Assembly (NCBI GenBank): GCA_963677595.1 | Contig: OY782041.1 | Location: 3,008,001 to 3,072,000 of the forward strand | Direction of reading: 5' to 3' | Length of the DNA stretch: 64,000 bases | DNA from: Spirochaetia bacterium | GTDB taxonomy: Bacteria > Spirochaetota > Spirochaetia > CAKZLE01 | Part shown: in pieces, positions 19,400 through 29,782 of the stretch | How positions within the stretch are numbered: the first letter of the stretch is position 1 | How the letters are laid out: each line of letters opens with the position of its first letter | Translations under genes and position numbers: made by a program | The notes under the pieces: generated by a model | The model's input: only the letters and a program-made list of their open reading frames with translations | Database searches by the model: none | Told to the model about the DNA's origin: nothing

Positions 19400-20376
19400 T
19401 CAACCAAGTCCCTCCCACTCAGCGATGCGTTCCAGCATCTGCTGAGAAGAGATGTCCAGGATCTCAGCGGCCCGGGAGATCGATATCTTCTCACCTTCCA
19501 CGGCCTGACGGACCAGGCGGATCAACCTGTCAGCCGAGAAATCGAAGGGTCTCAATCCGAAGGGTTCAGAGCCTTTCGGGCAGGGTTCCTCTTTGTAGGA
19601 CAGTTTCTTGTGGTATCGGGTTTCATAGAGCTGTCCGAAGTGATACCAGATCGTGTCATTGACTATCTCTTTCTGTTTCAGGCGATACAGGACAGTCTTA
19701 TAGCTGACTTTGAAGATGCCCTTTATCTTCATGACCCGGTTGACAAATGGCATGCCGGCACTGCTTTCCCATTCGGAATCAAACCCCTGGCCGGGCATGA
19801 GGAAGTATCCGGCGAACAGGTCAGCTTCCTGTTCCTGTGAGGTGTCCTCTGCGGTCTGGCTGCCGTCGTAATCTACAGAGTGCATCAAAAGATGGCCGAG
19901 CTCATGGGCAGCACTGAAGATCTGCCGTTCAGTAGTGATCCGCTCCCAGCTGTTGATGATGATAGCCGGACCTTTGTCTCCCTCACCGACTGACAGCCCG
20001 TTGAAGGCATCAGAAGCATAGGGAAGGGCAAGGACTTTGATTCCGCAGCTTTCCAGCAGGCCGCAGATGTCATGGATGGGTTCATTGAGTTTCAGGCCAA
20101 GCATCTTTCGTGCTTCTCCTGCTACCTGCAGAGGGGTAAGCTGTTTGGAGTCTGCTGCAAGACAGTGCAGCTTGAATTCCTCGGTCTCTTCCATCAGGCT
20201 TTCAAGAGACGAAAAATCAGACAGCCACCTGAAGACCTGAGCCAGTATCTGGTCTCGCCTGGTCAACCTGCTTCGTGCCCGGAATCGCACATGAGCAAGT
20301 TCCCCAACAGGTCTCACCAGATCCTGCAGCCTGCAGTCCAGGGCTTTGCTGATTGCCAGCAGGGTATTGGTCCTAG
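19400..20376 (-). pseudogene. HTH-ImmA/IrrE metallopeptidase, N-terminal HTH truncated by IS1182
   Basis: FSAAHELGHLLMH HExxH, EQEADLFAGYFLMP; first 12 codons of the ORF come from the IS end; native sequence resumes at CTAG 20373-20376 (PRTNTLLAISKAL). Confidence 0.82.
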
Positions 20377-20530
20377 GAGTCTGTCGGAGTTGATGACCTA
20401 ACATTCTGGTCATTCTCTCCGGCAGGACCCGATTTATTAGAGTTTGTCGTAATTGACAAACATTACCTACATAATCGCCTCATATTGGCTTGATTACAGC
20501 AGGAAAGAGGGTATCCCCCTCCTGTTCCTA

Positions 20531-21892
20531 TCATCTCAACGCATGTAATCGCTTCAGATTATACGCTATGCAGACAAGATCCCATTCTCCTTGGACTGAC
20601 TCAAACCCTCGAAGAAGAAACTGGCGATATCCCATAACTGCCTTGATGATCCCAAATACCGTTTCAACGGTACTTTTCCGTTTCGCATATACTGCTCGAC
20701 CGGCATCAGTCTGTAACCGATACTTCATCTGTTCCACCGCATCAGCATCCTCAGGCGGTTTCTCAAGAGGTTCTCCGCTAAGGCGCTTTTTCAGCCACTG
20801 ATTATGCTTCTCCCGATGCGTACTGATATACGGAACTATGGCCTCCTGCTCACAGAGCTCTACATTCGTTGTACTGAAATACCCGGTATCTGCAAGCAGG
20901 CCTTCCACGGCTCCCATATCTTCAGGAAGTTTCTTCAGTTCTTCCACTGCAGGGGCTACTTCCTGTTTATCATTCGTGTTCTGACTTACGTGCTCTCCTA
21001 CGATCAGCATCGTTTCTACATCAACACTCGCCTGTCCGTTATATCCCTGTTCAAATCCTCCGCTTGAACAGGGCATGATGCGGGACTCCGCATCGGTAAG
21101 GTTAACCTGGTCCTGATCGCGTGGCCCCGGTGTAGGCGGTTTTGGACCCTTTCCCCCTGGCTTTTTCCCGCTTGCTTCTTCCTTCGATTTACGCTTTGCC
21201 AACTTGTTCTCGTATTCAGCGACTTCCTGCTTATACCGTTCTTCGGCCCGTCGCTCTATTTCTGCTTTTGCTACAGCTATCGCTGTCATTCGAGCTTCTC
21301 GCCTTTCCAACTCCGCCGGGATGTCAATCCCATCTGGCATCTCACGTCCCTCGGCTTCCTCGGCCATTCGCATTAATGCTTCAACTTCTGCCTGCAACTG
21401 TCGTTCTAATTCACTCGCATATTTATAACTCAACGCCCGGTGTTTTGATGCATTCGCTTTGATCTTAGTCCCATCAAGGCTCACCTTACCAAGTTTCAAA
21501 CATCCCATCTCTTGGGCTATCTGCAGTACCTGCACAAAGACACTCTGCAACTCATTGATGAACCGTTTGCGAAACGTCGCTATCGTATCATGATCCGGGT
21601 GCGTGTCTCCTGCAATATACCGAAACGCCACTGAATCATAGGTCGCCTGCTCCAATTTCCGGCTCGAGAAGACCCCGGTTGCATACCCATAGATAAGCAA
21701 TCCCAACAGCACCTCGGGTGAATGCGCTTTCTCTCCCCGTCCGGCATACACGTTCTCTATCGCTCGCAGATCAAGTGATCCCACTATCTCCACGACAAAT
21801 CGGGCCAGATGCCCTTCAGGCAGCCAATCATTGATTGAGGGGGGCAGAAAGTACGGAGTCTCTCGATCTATGAATTTGAATTTCTGGGTCAT
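20531..21892 (-). CDS. IS1182-family DDE transposase
   Basis: FLPPSINDWLPEGHLARF (DUF772), PDHDTIATFRKRF, LDGTKIKANAS, ADTGYFS, RKSTVETVFG. Confidence 0.92.
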   Translation of the reverse strand: MTQKFKFIDRETPYFLPPSINDWLPEGHLARFVVEIVGSLDLRAIENVYAGRGEKAHSPEVLLGLLIYGYATGVFSSRKLEQATYDSVAFRYIAGDTHPDHDTIATFRKRFINELQSVFVQVLQIAQEMGCLKLGKVSLDGTKIKANASKHRALSYKYASELERQLQAEVEALMRMAEEAEGREMPDGIDIPAELERREARMTAIAVAKAEIERRAEERYKQEVAEYENKLAKRKSKEEASGKKPGGKGPKPPTPGPRDQDQVNLTDAESRIMPCSSGGFEQGYNGQASVDVETMLIVGEHVSQNTNDKQEVAPAVEELKKLPEDMGAVEGLLADTGYFSTTNVELCEQEAIVPYISTHREKHNQWLKKRLSGEPLEKPPEDADAVEQMKYRLQTDAGRAVYAKRKSTVETVFGIIKAVMGYRQFLLRGFESVQGEWDLVCIAYNLKRLHALR

Positions 21893-21919
21893 CCACTACA
21901 CCTTGTTGCGTTATTTTTT

Positions 21920-23552
21920 GGGTCTGAAATTTTTAACGTGTAAAAAGTAGAAAAAGAGAGCGGAAACTCCTATGATTTGTAATCGCAAAACAACAGATCA
22001 AGGAGAACCGCTCTCATGCAGGAAGATAACACGTATTTGCTGGAGGAGTCCACTGGGTGGATGGTTGACTGGAGCCATCCAAGGTACGAAATTTGCCTCG
22101 ATGAAAGAAATGGAATATCCTACGGAAAGATTACCTATTCTGTAACGAAGGATCCTGACAAAGACTGGAAGAGTGAATTACCAGAAGGCCAATGGTACAA
22201 GCACAGCAATGAGGTTACGGTGCTGAAGCACTGCAGCTCAGGAATCACTCTGATATGCTTCGAAGTCTATTACGAGAGTTATGTGAACAAGTATGGACGG
22301 AGACGCCGAACGGACGTCCTTCCCTTTCGAAGCGGAAAGACCGGTTATACACTTCATTTTCGTGATAATATCTCCTATTTCATGACAGGCTACGGAATGA
22401 CAATCAGCCGATGTGCGCTCATCTGCCACACCACGCCAGCCATCGTCAAAGAGGTGAATAAGACTCGCTTATTCAGCCTTGCAGGTAATATGAAACCCAG
22501 CCCATACCTTTGTGTAGACGAATTTCTCATCGAGCATGGGCATCGCTACTGTACCATAGTCATAGATGCCCAAAGTGGAGAACTCCTGTATCTTGAGAAA
22601 GGTAAGAAGAAGCAACAGCTGGAACATTTCTTCACATGGGTGGGAGAGGACTTCATGAACCATGTGAAGGCGATCTCGATGGATATGAGCACCAACTACA
22701 GCGCCGCGGTTAAGGAGTCATTCCCCCACATCAAGATAGTCTACGACACCTTTCATATCGTACAATGGTTCAATAAACAGGTCATTGATGCAGCCAGAAG
22801 AACGGAAGGGAACAGGCTGAAAAAGCTGGCTGAGAAACTGCAGCACGAGAGCAGATTGGAAGAGGCTACACTGGTGCTTGAAGAGAGAAAACTACTCTTC
22901 GGTTCACGTTTTCTACTTCTCGCTAACACACGGACACTCAAAGCGAAGGATAAGCTGAATGCAGAACTTAACGCTGAGGCGAAGAGAACCGCAAAGGAAG
23001 AGGGTCGGGATGCAGACCGAGTTGGGCACCGTAGAACGAATAATTCAGATTCACGCGACGCCATTCTTAAGGCGAATGCGAATCTTCAGAATGCCGTGAA
23101 GGCTCGTGAGGAACTGATTGAGATACTCTCCATCCCGAATCCTGAGCATATGAGGGAAAAGCTTACCACATGGGTGAAACTTTATTCATCCGTCGGCATC
23201 AGCCAGTTGACTAGATTCCCAGGACGATTACCAACAGGATGGAGGGTATCGTTTCAAGAGCTCTCGCTCCAATCAGTTCAGGGAAGATTGAAGGTGTGAA
23301 CGGCTTCATCAAGGCTATGCGTAGAAGTGCATTCGGATACCAGGATTTCGATTACTTTGCACTGCTCATCTGGGAACAGACTCACCGAAAGAAGAGGCAG
23401 AATCGCTTAAACCAGAAAAGGAAAACAAGAAGCTATTCAAGGGCAAGGCCTTATAACAGAAAACGCCTAAAACAGACAGTGTTCCAGCTGCCAAAGCCTC
23501 CTCTCAAGGATGTCGTATAGATGATGGATTACACGTTAAAAATTTCAGACCC
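21920..23552 (+). mobile_element. ISL3-family insertion sequence
   Basis: Perfect 24-bp IRs GGGTCTGAAATTTTTAACGTGTAA; 8-bp target duplication TATTTTTT (21912-21919, 23553-23560). Confidence 0.92.
22016..23520 (+). pseudogene. ISL3 transposase with a frameshift near 23218
   Basis: VDEF, SMDMS, YDTFHIV in ORF 22016-23299; catalytic-Glu segment SSGKIEGVNGFIKAMRRSAFGY in another frame (23239-23520). Confidence 0.85.
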
Positions 23553-23606
23553 TATTTTTTCACCCTTCCATCCTATCATATTTTTCGTTTTAAGTCCGAC
23601 AGCCTC

Positions 23607-23894
23607 CTAGACCATGCCGTGGTAAAGACCGATACAGGCTTGACCATCTTCCTGCTGAACCGGAGCGATACCCAGACCATAGAAGCATCACTAGCATACC
23701 CGGCCGGACTAACCGAAAGCGATGCCGTAATCCTCATCTCGGATGATCCGCTCAAGCGCAACAGCTTCACCGAACCGGAAGCGGTAACACCAAAGCAGTT
23801 CTCAGGCTACACCATAGATAATCAGGCACAGGGAAGTACCGTTACTGTGACTATACCCCCCATGTCGTTGGTACGGGTAGGGGTGAGGTGGTAA
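23607..23894 (+). pseudogene. C-terminal fragment of GH51 alpha-L-arabinofuranosidase
   Basis: LDHAVV..LTIFLLNRS..NSFTEPEAVTP..TVTIPPMS; begins exactly at the CTAG flanking IS1182. Confidence 0.75.
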
Positions 23895-24341
23895 CCGATC
23901 ACCAGATGGGCTTGTGACGTCTGCTCCGTGTGACTTCAACCAGTGAGAAAAAGTCTATATGCAGGAAGATGTCACCAGCAATAATCTTTACCTCATTGAA
24001 CATCGTAACAGTCTACTTGGGAGTCCCATGGCGGTTAGGGGGCTCCTGAATCTCTTTGCCCATTCATGCACACAGTACATAGTTCCTTCCCGGGTATCTC
24101 GATCTATTCATGAAATCTCCAAGATCCCAATAACCAAAAATACATAACCATCATCCGACTCCAATACCCCTACACATAGAAGAGGTTGGGGAAGGTGGTA
24201 GTGGGCCTTTATGCTTTGGGGAGTTGCTGCCTGTGGGGCATGGATTGTTTCCTGTGTGGTTCCAGTGTTTATGTTGACACATGGAAGTTGTTGTTGTATA
24301 TTTAAAACAGGTAAAAATACTACGTAAAACAGGAATAAAAT

Positions 24342-25637
24342 ATGATTCAGGAATTTTATGTTGAGAATTACCAGTCAATAAAGGGACGTCAGGGCATCAG
24401 TTTTGTTCCTAACAGGAAGATGAGTACCGGGAGTGAAGAGTATCTGCTGATCCGGGTCTCTGAGCATGTACAGCTGCTCAAGCTAGGTATCCTCTATGGG
24501 TATAATGCATCTGGGAAGTCCAACCTCCTGGAAGCTATGGATTTCCTCAGGACACTGGTTGTGGACGGGGCCGAAGCCAAGGATGAGAAGACTGGCTTCG
24601 AGCCGTTTCTCTTGTCTCCTGAAACGCTGGAAGTCCCTGGCTCGTTTCAGCTGGTGTTCTACATAGATGCAGTGAAATATGAGTACTCAGTCTCCCTGAA
24701 TGGGCAGAGGATCCTCTCTGAGAGCCTGTACTTTACTCCTGACGTGAGAAAGGCAAGACTGTATACGCGAGTGTATGACGAAGACCTGAGAGTCTCAAGA
24801 TTGAGTTTCGGTACCAGCTGCGGGTTCAAGTCCAGGGATAGGCTGCTGCTTGAGGGGAATACCTTGGAGAACTGTACCGTCCTGTCTGCGTACAGGAAGA
24901 CGAATGTCAATTCACTGGAGCTCGACAAGGTATTCAGCTATTTCAGGGACCACATCTCCCCGATCATAACCCCCAGGGTCCTGCTGCGGGAATGGAGCGT
25001 TGACCGACTGATACAGGATGACCGACATAAGGATTTTCTGCTGAGACTGCTGGTAAAGGCAGATTTCCAGATCTCCGGCCTTGATATCATCGAGGATTCC
25101 TTTGATGTTACTGCTGAACTCCTTGATGACCTGAAAGGCAAGGGGGCCCCTGCCGTATTGCTTGAGGACTTGAAGCAGAAAAAGACAGTTGAGAACCGCG
25201 AACTTGTTTTCTCCCATACCACAACCCAAGGTGAATACAATCTTCCGTTTGAGAAGGAATCACAGGGAACCCTCAGGTATTTTGGACTTGGCGGGATACT
25301 CAATGAGATGATCACATCCAGGAAGTTCATCTTCATCGATGAGATAGAGACCTCTTTGCATCCTGACCTCGTATCTTTCTTCATGCAGCAGTTCCTCATG
25401 AATACGACAGGATCACAGCTGTTCGTGACCACGCATAACCAGTTTCTCATGGAGCAGGATTATATCCGCAACGATATGCTGTGGCTTTGTGAGAAGGATG
25501 AAGAAGGTCAGTCAACGTATTACAGCGTCCAGGATTTCAGGTTGCATAAGAATGTCTCGGTGATGAATCATTACCGGGCCGGGAAGCTGGGAGCATCGCC
25601 CCAGCTTGGTAGCCCTGTCCTCGGGGAGGGATACTGA
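24342..25637 (+). CDS. RloA/AbiLi-like AAA_21 ATPase
   Basis: YGYNASGKSN, ESQGT, IDEIETSLHP, QLFVTTHN, YRAGKLGA; promoter TTGACA-N17-TATATT at 24274-24302. Confidence 0.88.
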   Translation: MIQEFYVENYQSIKGRQGISFVPNRKMSTGSEEYLLIRVSEHVQLLKLGILYGYNASGKSNLLEAMDFLRTLVVDGAEAKDEKTGFEPFLLSPETLEVPGSFQLVFYIDAVKYEYSVSLNGQRILSESLYFTPDVRKARLYTRVYDEDLRVSRLSFGTSCGFKSRDRLLLEGNTLENCTVLSAYRKTNVNSLELDKVFSYFRDHISPIITPRVLLREWSVDRLIQDDRHKDFLLRLLVKADFQISGLDIIEDSFDVTAELLDDLKGKGAPAVLLEDLKQKKTVENRELVFSHTTTQGEYNLPFEKESQGTLRYFGLGGILNEMITSRKFIFIDEIETSLHPDLVSFFMQQFLMNTTGSQLFVTTHNQFLMEQDYIRNDMLWLCEKDEEGQSTYYSVQDFRLHKNVSVMNHYRAGKLGASPQLGSPVLGEGY

Positions 25638-25641
25638 CGCT

Positions 25642-25713
25642 TTGAGACGACCAGTACAGCATGAGCGATTCTCCATAGCTATAGTGGGAGAGGGCCTGAC
25701 AGGATGGGGATAG
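25642..25713 (+). pseudogene. N-terminal stub of an RloB/TOPRIM partner gene
   Basis: TTG 4 nt after the ATPase stop; reads MRRPVQHERFSIAIVGEGLTGWG*, resembling the RloB IxxEGxTE motif. Confidence 0.62.
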
Positions 25714-25816
25714 TATGCTCTCCCTCCTTGATTTTTCCCATGCAGCTGGTAGTATGGAATCAGGTGATGGATTGGTCAGGCTAATCTAATTACCGAACAA
25801 ACATACAAAGGAACCT

Positions 25817-26386
25817 ATGGTAACGTTCAGATTCAATGAGAGACGAGCGACTCAAGCTGCAGCATACTTCTTAGAGAGGAATCATCATATCCTCAACTGT
25901 ACCAAACTGATAAAACTGTTATACCTTGCAGATCGGATGGCTATATTACGATGGCATGAGCCGATCACTGGTGATACCTATCTCTCATTGCCCTATGGTC
26001 CGGTTCTGAGCACGATACTGGACAATATCAGCAATGGACACCGAGACGGCTTCCGTGATTACTGGTCAGCCCATATAAGCAAAGCTGGATGTGATTCATA
26101 TTCGGTAGCACTCACTGAAGCTGTTGAATTCGATGAGTTGAGCAAGCGGGAGATTGAACTCCTGGACTATCTCGATACGAGGTTCAAGGAGTATGATCAG
26201 TGGGAGATGATCGATTATTGCCATACGTATTGCGAAGAATGGGAAGCCCCTGATGGTTCTAATCACGTAATCACCATTGAAGATATACTCAAGGCAGAAA
26301 TAGCAGATCCTGAAGAGATACAGAACATCTTGGATGAGATGCAGGTAAAAAGCTCTATCATGCACCTCAACTGTGTTGGGTTGTGA
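25817..26386 (+). CDS. Panacea (SocA/DUF4065) antitoxin, no toxin adjacent
   Basis: KLIKLLYLADR, PITGD, LPYGPV, YCH..EW motifs. Confidence 0.85.
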   Translation: MVTFRFNERRATQAAAYFLERNHHILNCTKLIKLLYLADRMAILRWHEPITGDTYLSLPYGPVLSTILDNISNGHRDGFRDYWSAHISKAGCDSYSVALTEAVEFDELSKREIELLDYLDTRFKEYDQWEMIDYCHTYCEEWEAPDGSNHVITIEDILKAEIADPEEIQNILDEMQVKSSIMHLNCVGL

Positions 26387-26452
26387 GTATAGAGATTACG
26401 ATACGGTGTTCGTCACAGTGAAAAGAACCTGGTAGTATTACCTTCGGAGATA

Positions 26453-27499
26453 ATGATGATACGTTACAAGACCGGAGATCTTCTCGCTGAGGAAACAGAA
26501 GCCCTTGTCAACACCGTCAACTGTGTCGGTGTCATGGGCCGTGGAATAGCCTTGCAGTTCAAGAAGCAGTTCCCGGGGAACTGTACCATGTATGAGAAGG
26601 CCTGCAGCCGTAATGAGGTAGTGCCGGGGAAGATGTTCGTGTATGAGACCGGGAGACTTCTCAATCCCAAATATATCATCAACTTCCCAACGAAACGCCA
26701 TTGGCGAGAGGCGAGTCGGTTGGAAGACATCGATTCCGGACTGGAAGACTTTGTTCGAATGATCAAGGAGTATGGGATAACATCTATCGCCTTGCCTCCC
26801 CTGGGCTGCGGCCTTGGCGGTCTTGATTGGGGGATCGTCCGTGATCGAATTGAAACAGCCCTGATGGAACTCTCCGAAGTGGAAGTCGTGGTGTTCGAAC
26901 CGAACGGTGCCCCGGATCCTGGAAGGATGGTAAGGCATAGGAAGGTCCCTGCCATGACACCAGGCCGGGCTGCCCTTGTGGAACTGTGTTATCGGTACCT
27001 GTCCGGTCTGCTTGATCCCTTCATTTCGCTTCTTGAGATCCATAAGCTCATGTATTTCCTGCAGGAAAGCGGCGAGGAGCTTAAGCTGAAATTCCAGAAA
27101 GCTCCCTATGGGCCATATGCAGAGAATCTCAGGCACGTCCTTCATGCAGTAGAAGGTTATATGCTTTCCGGCTATATCGATGGCGGCGATGACCCGCACA
27201 CACAGATCAACCTGGTCCCCGGGGCGTATGAAGAAGCATCTGCATTCCTGAGAACGCAGGAAGAGACGATGAGGCACTATGAACGGGTATCAAAGCTTGT
27301 CGCCGGTTTTGAGTCGCCATTAGGCATGGAACTGCTGGCTACCGTCCATTGGGTAGCAGCAAGAGAAGGTGCTCATACCATGGACCATGTCGTAGAGAAG
27401 ACCTATGCCTGGAATGACCATAAAAGAGAGTTCAACTCGAGGCAGATCGCCATAGCGGGAAAAGTCCTGAAGGAGCAGGGCTGGATAGAGCTGTACTGA
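26453..27499 (+). CDS. darG: DarG-like macrodomain ADP-ribosylglycohydrolase antitoxin, no intact DarT
   Basis: GDLL..EALVNTVNCVGVMGRGIALQFK, NFPTKRHWR, PPLGCGLGGLDW; C-terminal HKLMYFLQ..YGPYA..MELLATVHW. Confidence 0.9.
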   Translation: MMIRYKTGDLLAEETEALVNTVNCVGVMGRGIALQFKKQFPGNCTMYEKACSRNEVVPGKMFVYETGRLLNPKYIINFPTKRHWREASRLEDIDSGLEDFVRMIKEYGITSIALPPLGCGLGGLDWGIVRDRIETALMELSEVEVVVFEPNGAPDPGRMVRHRKVPAMTPGRAALVELCYRYLSGLLDPFISLLEIHKLMYFLQESGEELKLKFQKAPYGPYAENLRHVLHAVEGYMLSGYIDGGDDPHTQINLVPGAYEEASAFLRTQEETMRHYERVSKLVAGFESPLGMELLATVHWVAAREGAHTMDHVVEKTYAWNDHKREFNSRQIAIAGKVLKEQGWIELY

Positions 27500-27714
27500 C
27501 CAACTTCTTACGATTCCCAGTATGCTCCTGTTTCCCTGAAGGACCAGCTCACTGAAGAACATCCTACGATGGAATTAAGTTTCTTGAATGGTTTTCGAAC
27601 ATGACAAAATCACCAAAGAAATAGCTGGAAATACTGTACTTCTAGATGTTTCACCTGCACTCCAGTAGGTGATTTTGAAGGTCCTACACATCCAGTAGGA
27701 AGCAGTATGGATCT

Positions 27715-28377
27715 CTAACCCGGATCTCGAGGAACATGACATCCCTCTAAGATACTCTTTATGATTTTCCAGATTGATAGCGAAGGATTGACAGTGAAGA
27801 AGTCATAGCCATAGAGATGCTGTAAAGGATACCTGTTCGTCTTGTTCCGCTCGGTGATGTCATCTGCCCTATCTATTGCGGACCATACATTAGCTAGTGT
27901 CAGTTTCCCCAGTATTCTTTTGAAGTTCGCTTCTTGCTTATATTCATCCATGTTCGAAAAATGCTCCTGAAAGGCTCTGTTGATTGGACCAAGATATTGA
28001 TGCCGATGACTCAGGGCACCATTACAGTCTGCTTTATGGAGGATGATCCATAGATCGAAGGAGAAATTACTATACCCCAGTTTGTATGTTATCTTCTTTC
28101 CCAGTTTCTGCGCCTGTTTCATCCGTTGTAATGCTGTGTTGAATTGCTGCACATGCTCCGGCTCCTCGCTTTCCCGGTCAATGATATGGGAGATCTCGGT
28201 CTTGCCTAAGATACTCATACCTTTGACCCGAGACAGTGGGTCCTTTTCTACTTTGCAGTCGAATGACGATTTGAATCTGGCCCCTGCTGCAGCATTGATG
28301 CTGCGGCTCAGCCACTGGAGATACCATTTCTCCGTCTCTCCTTCTACGGAGAAGAAGAATTTCTTTGCTTGTTTCAT
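27715..28377 (-). CDS. rloB: RloB-family (TOPRIM-like) protein
   Basis: SVEGETEKWY, IDRE, SNFSFDLWIILH motifs; follows RloA-like ATPase. Confidence 0.8.
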   Translation of the reverse strand: MKQAKKFFFSVEGETEKWYLQWLSRSINAAAGARFKSSFDCKVEKDPLSRVKGMSILGKTEISHIIDRESEEPEHVQQFNTALQRMKQAQKLGKKITYKLGYSNFSFDLWIILHKADCNGALSHRHQYLGPINRAFQEHFSNMDEYKQEANFKRILGKLTLANVWSAIDRADDITERNKTNRYPLQHLYGYDFFTVNPSLSIWKIIKSILEGCHVPRDPG

Positions 28378-28382
28378 GCTGT

Positions 28383-29708
28383 TTATGCCTCTTGCTGGTT
28401 GTCTATCAGTTCCCGGATGATTGGGGTGAGATCTATGTCCTTTATGGCCCCGTAACGATCAACGAAATAGTTCTTCATGTAATCATCGGTGCTGCGGACT
28501 CCATGCTTTCCTGCTGTCCCGAAATCAGAGAGGGAGTAGTGGGAGGTGCAGTGAGTCTCATCGTCCCGATCCACGAACTTGATCTCATCCCTCCTGAACA
28601 GGTTAGAATTCAGGAAGATGGGGTTGTGGGTATTGAATACCAACTGGGCTTGGTGTTTGTTGAGTTCATCATTATGAAACAGGTTGATGATATTCATCAA
28701 TGCGATCGGGTGCATGGAGGCATCAAACTCATCGATTATCAGGACACCGCCCTGCATCAGGGTTTTCATGATAAGCGGAAACAGATGTATGAAGCGGATC
28801 GTCCCGTATGACTCGAACAGCTCCACCGGGATGGCAGCTTGCCTTGAATCGATGGTGAACAGAGAACATAGCTGGGCTTCCTCGGTCTTGCCGTCCAGTA
28901 CATAGCCTAGTGCATTTGAGTTCACTCCGAACAGTTCGGCCGCCTCATTCAGGGTCTTCTCGATGTAAACCGACTGCTTCTTTGGAGAAGAGAACTTCCG
29001 GATCAGTTTCATCGAGTCCGATCTGTAGATTACCATGAAGTCCCTGTCCAGCCATTGGGTGATCATTGAGGCAAGCCTGGGGCTGAACATGGTCTTGAAC
29101 CCGTTGGTTAGGAACAGCTCCTCATCATGGAGACTGCTTTGCGCCAATGCTGCCGCCCCGGCTGCATTCTGCTCATACACCGGAACCAGGTAGTCCCTGA
29201 TCCCCTTCAGGTTGCCGATCTCCAGGGAGGAGCTGCTTCTGGTGAAGAGCATGTCATGGTTGATACTGAGAGTTTCCTTGATCACGGTACGCTTATGATC
29301 CCTTTCCAAGAAGAGTCCCAGGTCTACGGAGACCGCATATGTATAGTGAAAGCCCTGATCGGTGAAGGTTATGGAGAAGCTCACCGGTTCAGCGATGGAG
29401 TGCGTGTTATTCGGGATCAGCTCCAGTGCGTTAGCAGCAGTATTGGGAGAATCACCAGTCTCATTATTCCGGATGTTCCCGCGAAGCACGATCTGCCTGA
29501 AGGTATCCATGGCCCCGATGAGGTTGGTCTTGCCGGATGCATTTGGGCCATAGATGACTGAGGCGCACAGTCCCTTGTACTCTTTCTTGGCGATGTTCTC
29601 AGTAAGGATGCTGTAATCAAGCCCTTTCTGCTTGGGGGCGACTTGCATAGAGAACACGCACTCGTCCTTGAAAGACTTGTAGTTCTTCATCCTGAATTCC
29701 AGCAACAT
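28383..29708 (-). CDS. RloA/AbiLi-like AAA_21 ATPase
   Basis: YGPNASGKTN, ESYGT, IDEFDASMHP, QLVFNTHN, RRDEI, RYGAI. Confidence 0.88.
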   Translation of the reverse strand: MLLEFRMKNYKSFKDECVFSMQVAPKQKGLDYSILTENIAKKEYKGLCASVIYGPNASGKTNLIGAMDTFRQIVLRGNIRNNETGDSPNTAANALELIPNNTHSIAEPVSFSITFTDQGFHYTYAVSVDLGLFLERDHKRTVIKETLSINHDMLFTRSSSSLEIGNLKGIRDYLVPVYEQNAAGAAALAQSSLHDEELFLTNGFKTMFSPRLASMITQWLDRDFMVIYRSDSMKLIRKFSSPKKQSVYIEKTLNEAAELFGVNSNALGYVLDGKTEEAQLCSLFTIDSRQAAIPVELFESYGTIRFIHLFPLIMKTLMQGGVLIIDEFDASMHPIALMNIINLFHNDELNKHQAQLVFNTHNPIFLNSNLFRRDEIKFVDRDDETHCTSHYSLSDFGTAGKHGVRSTDDYMKNYFVDRYGAIKDIDLTPIIRELIDNQQEA

Positions 29709-29782
29709 AGCAAACCTCCGTCATATTGCAAAAATAAAGCAAAATGATAGTAAGAAGTATAGTATTTATCGGGGATATAATC

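Larger units (their letters stand above)
20377..23606 (-). mobile_element. IS1182-family element carrying a nested ISL3
   Basis: Inverted repeats GAGTCTGTCGGAGTT (20377-20391) and AAGTCCGACAGCCTC (23592-23606), 13/15 match; CTAG on both sides. Confidence 0.85.

Noticed and set aside
23210-23240. Programmed frameshift in the ISL3 transposase
   Set aside because: No slippery heptamer at the shift and ISL3 normally has one ORF; a 1-nt deletion is simpler
23900-24270. Short ORFs 23959-24147 and 24151-24378
   Set aside because: No clear RBS or motifs; probably decayed or intergenic sequence that could not be assigned
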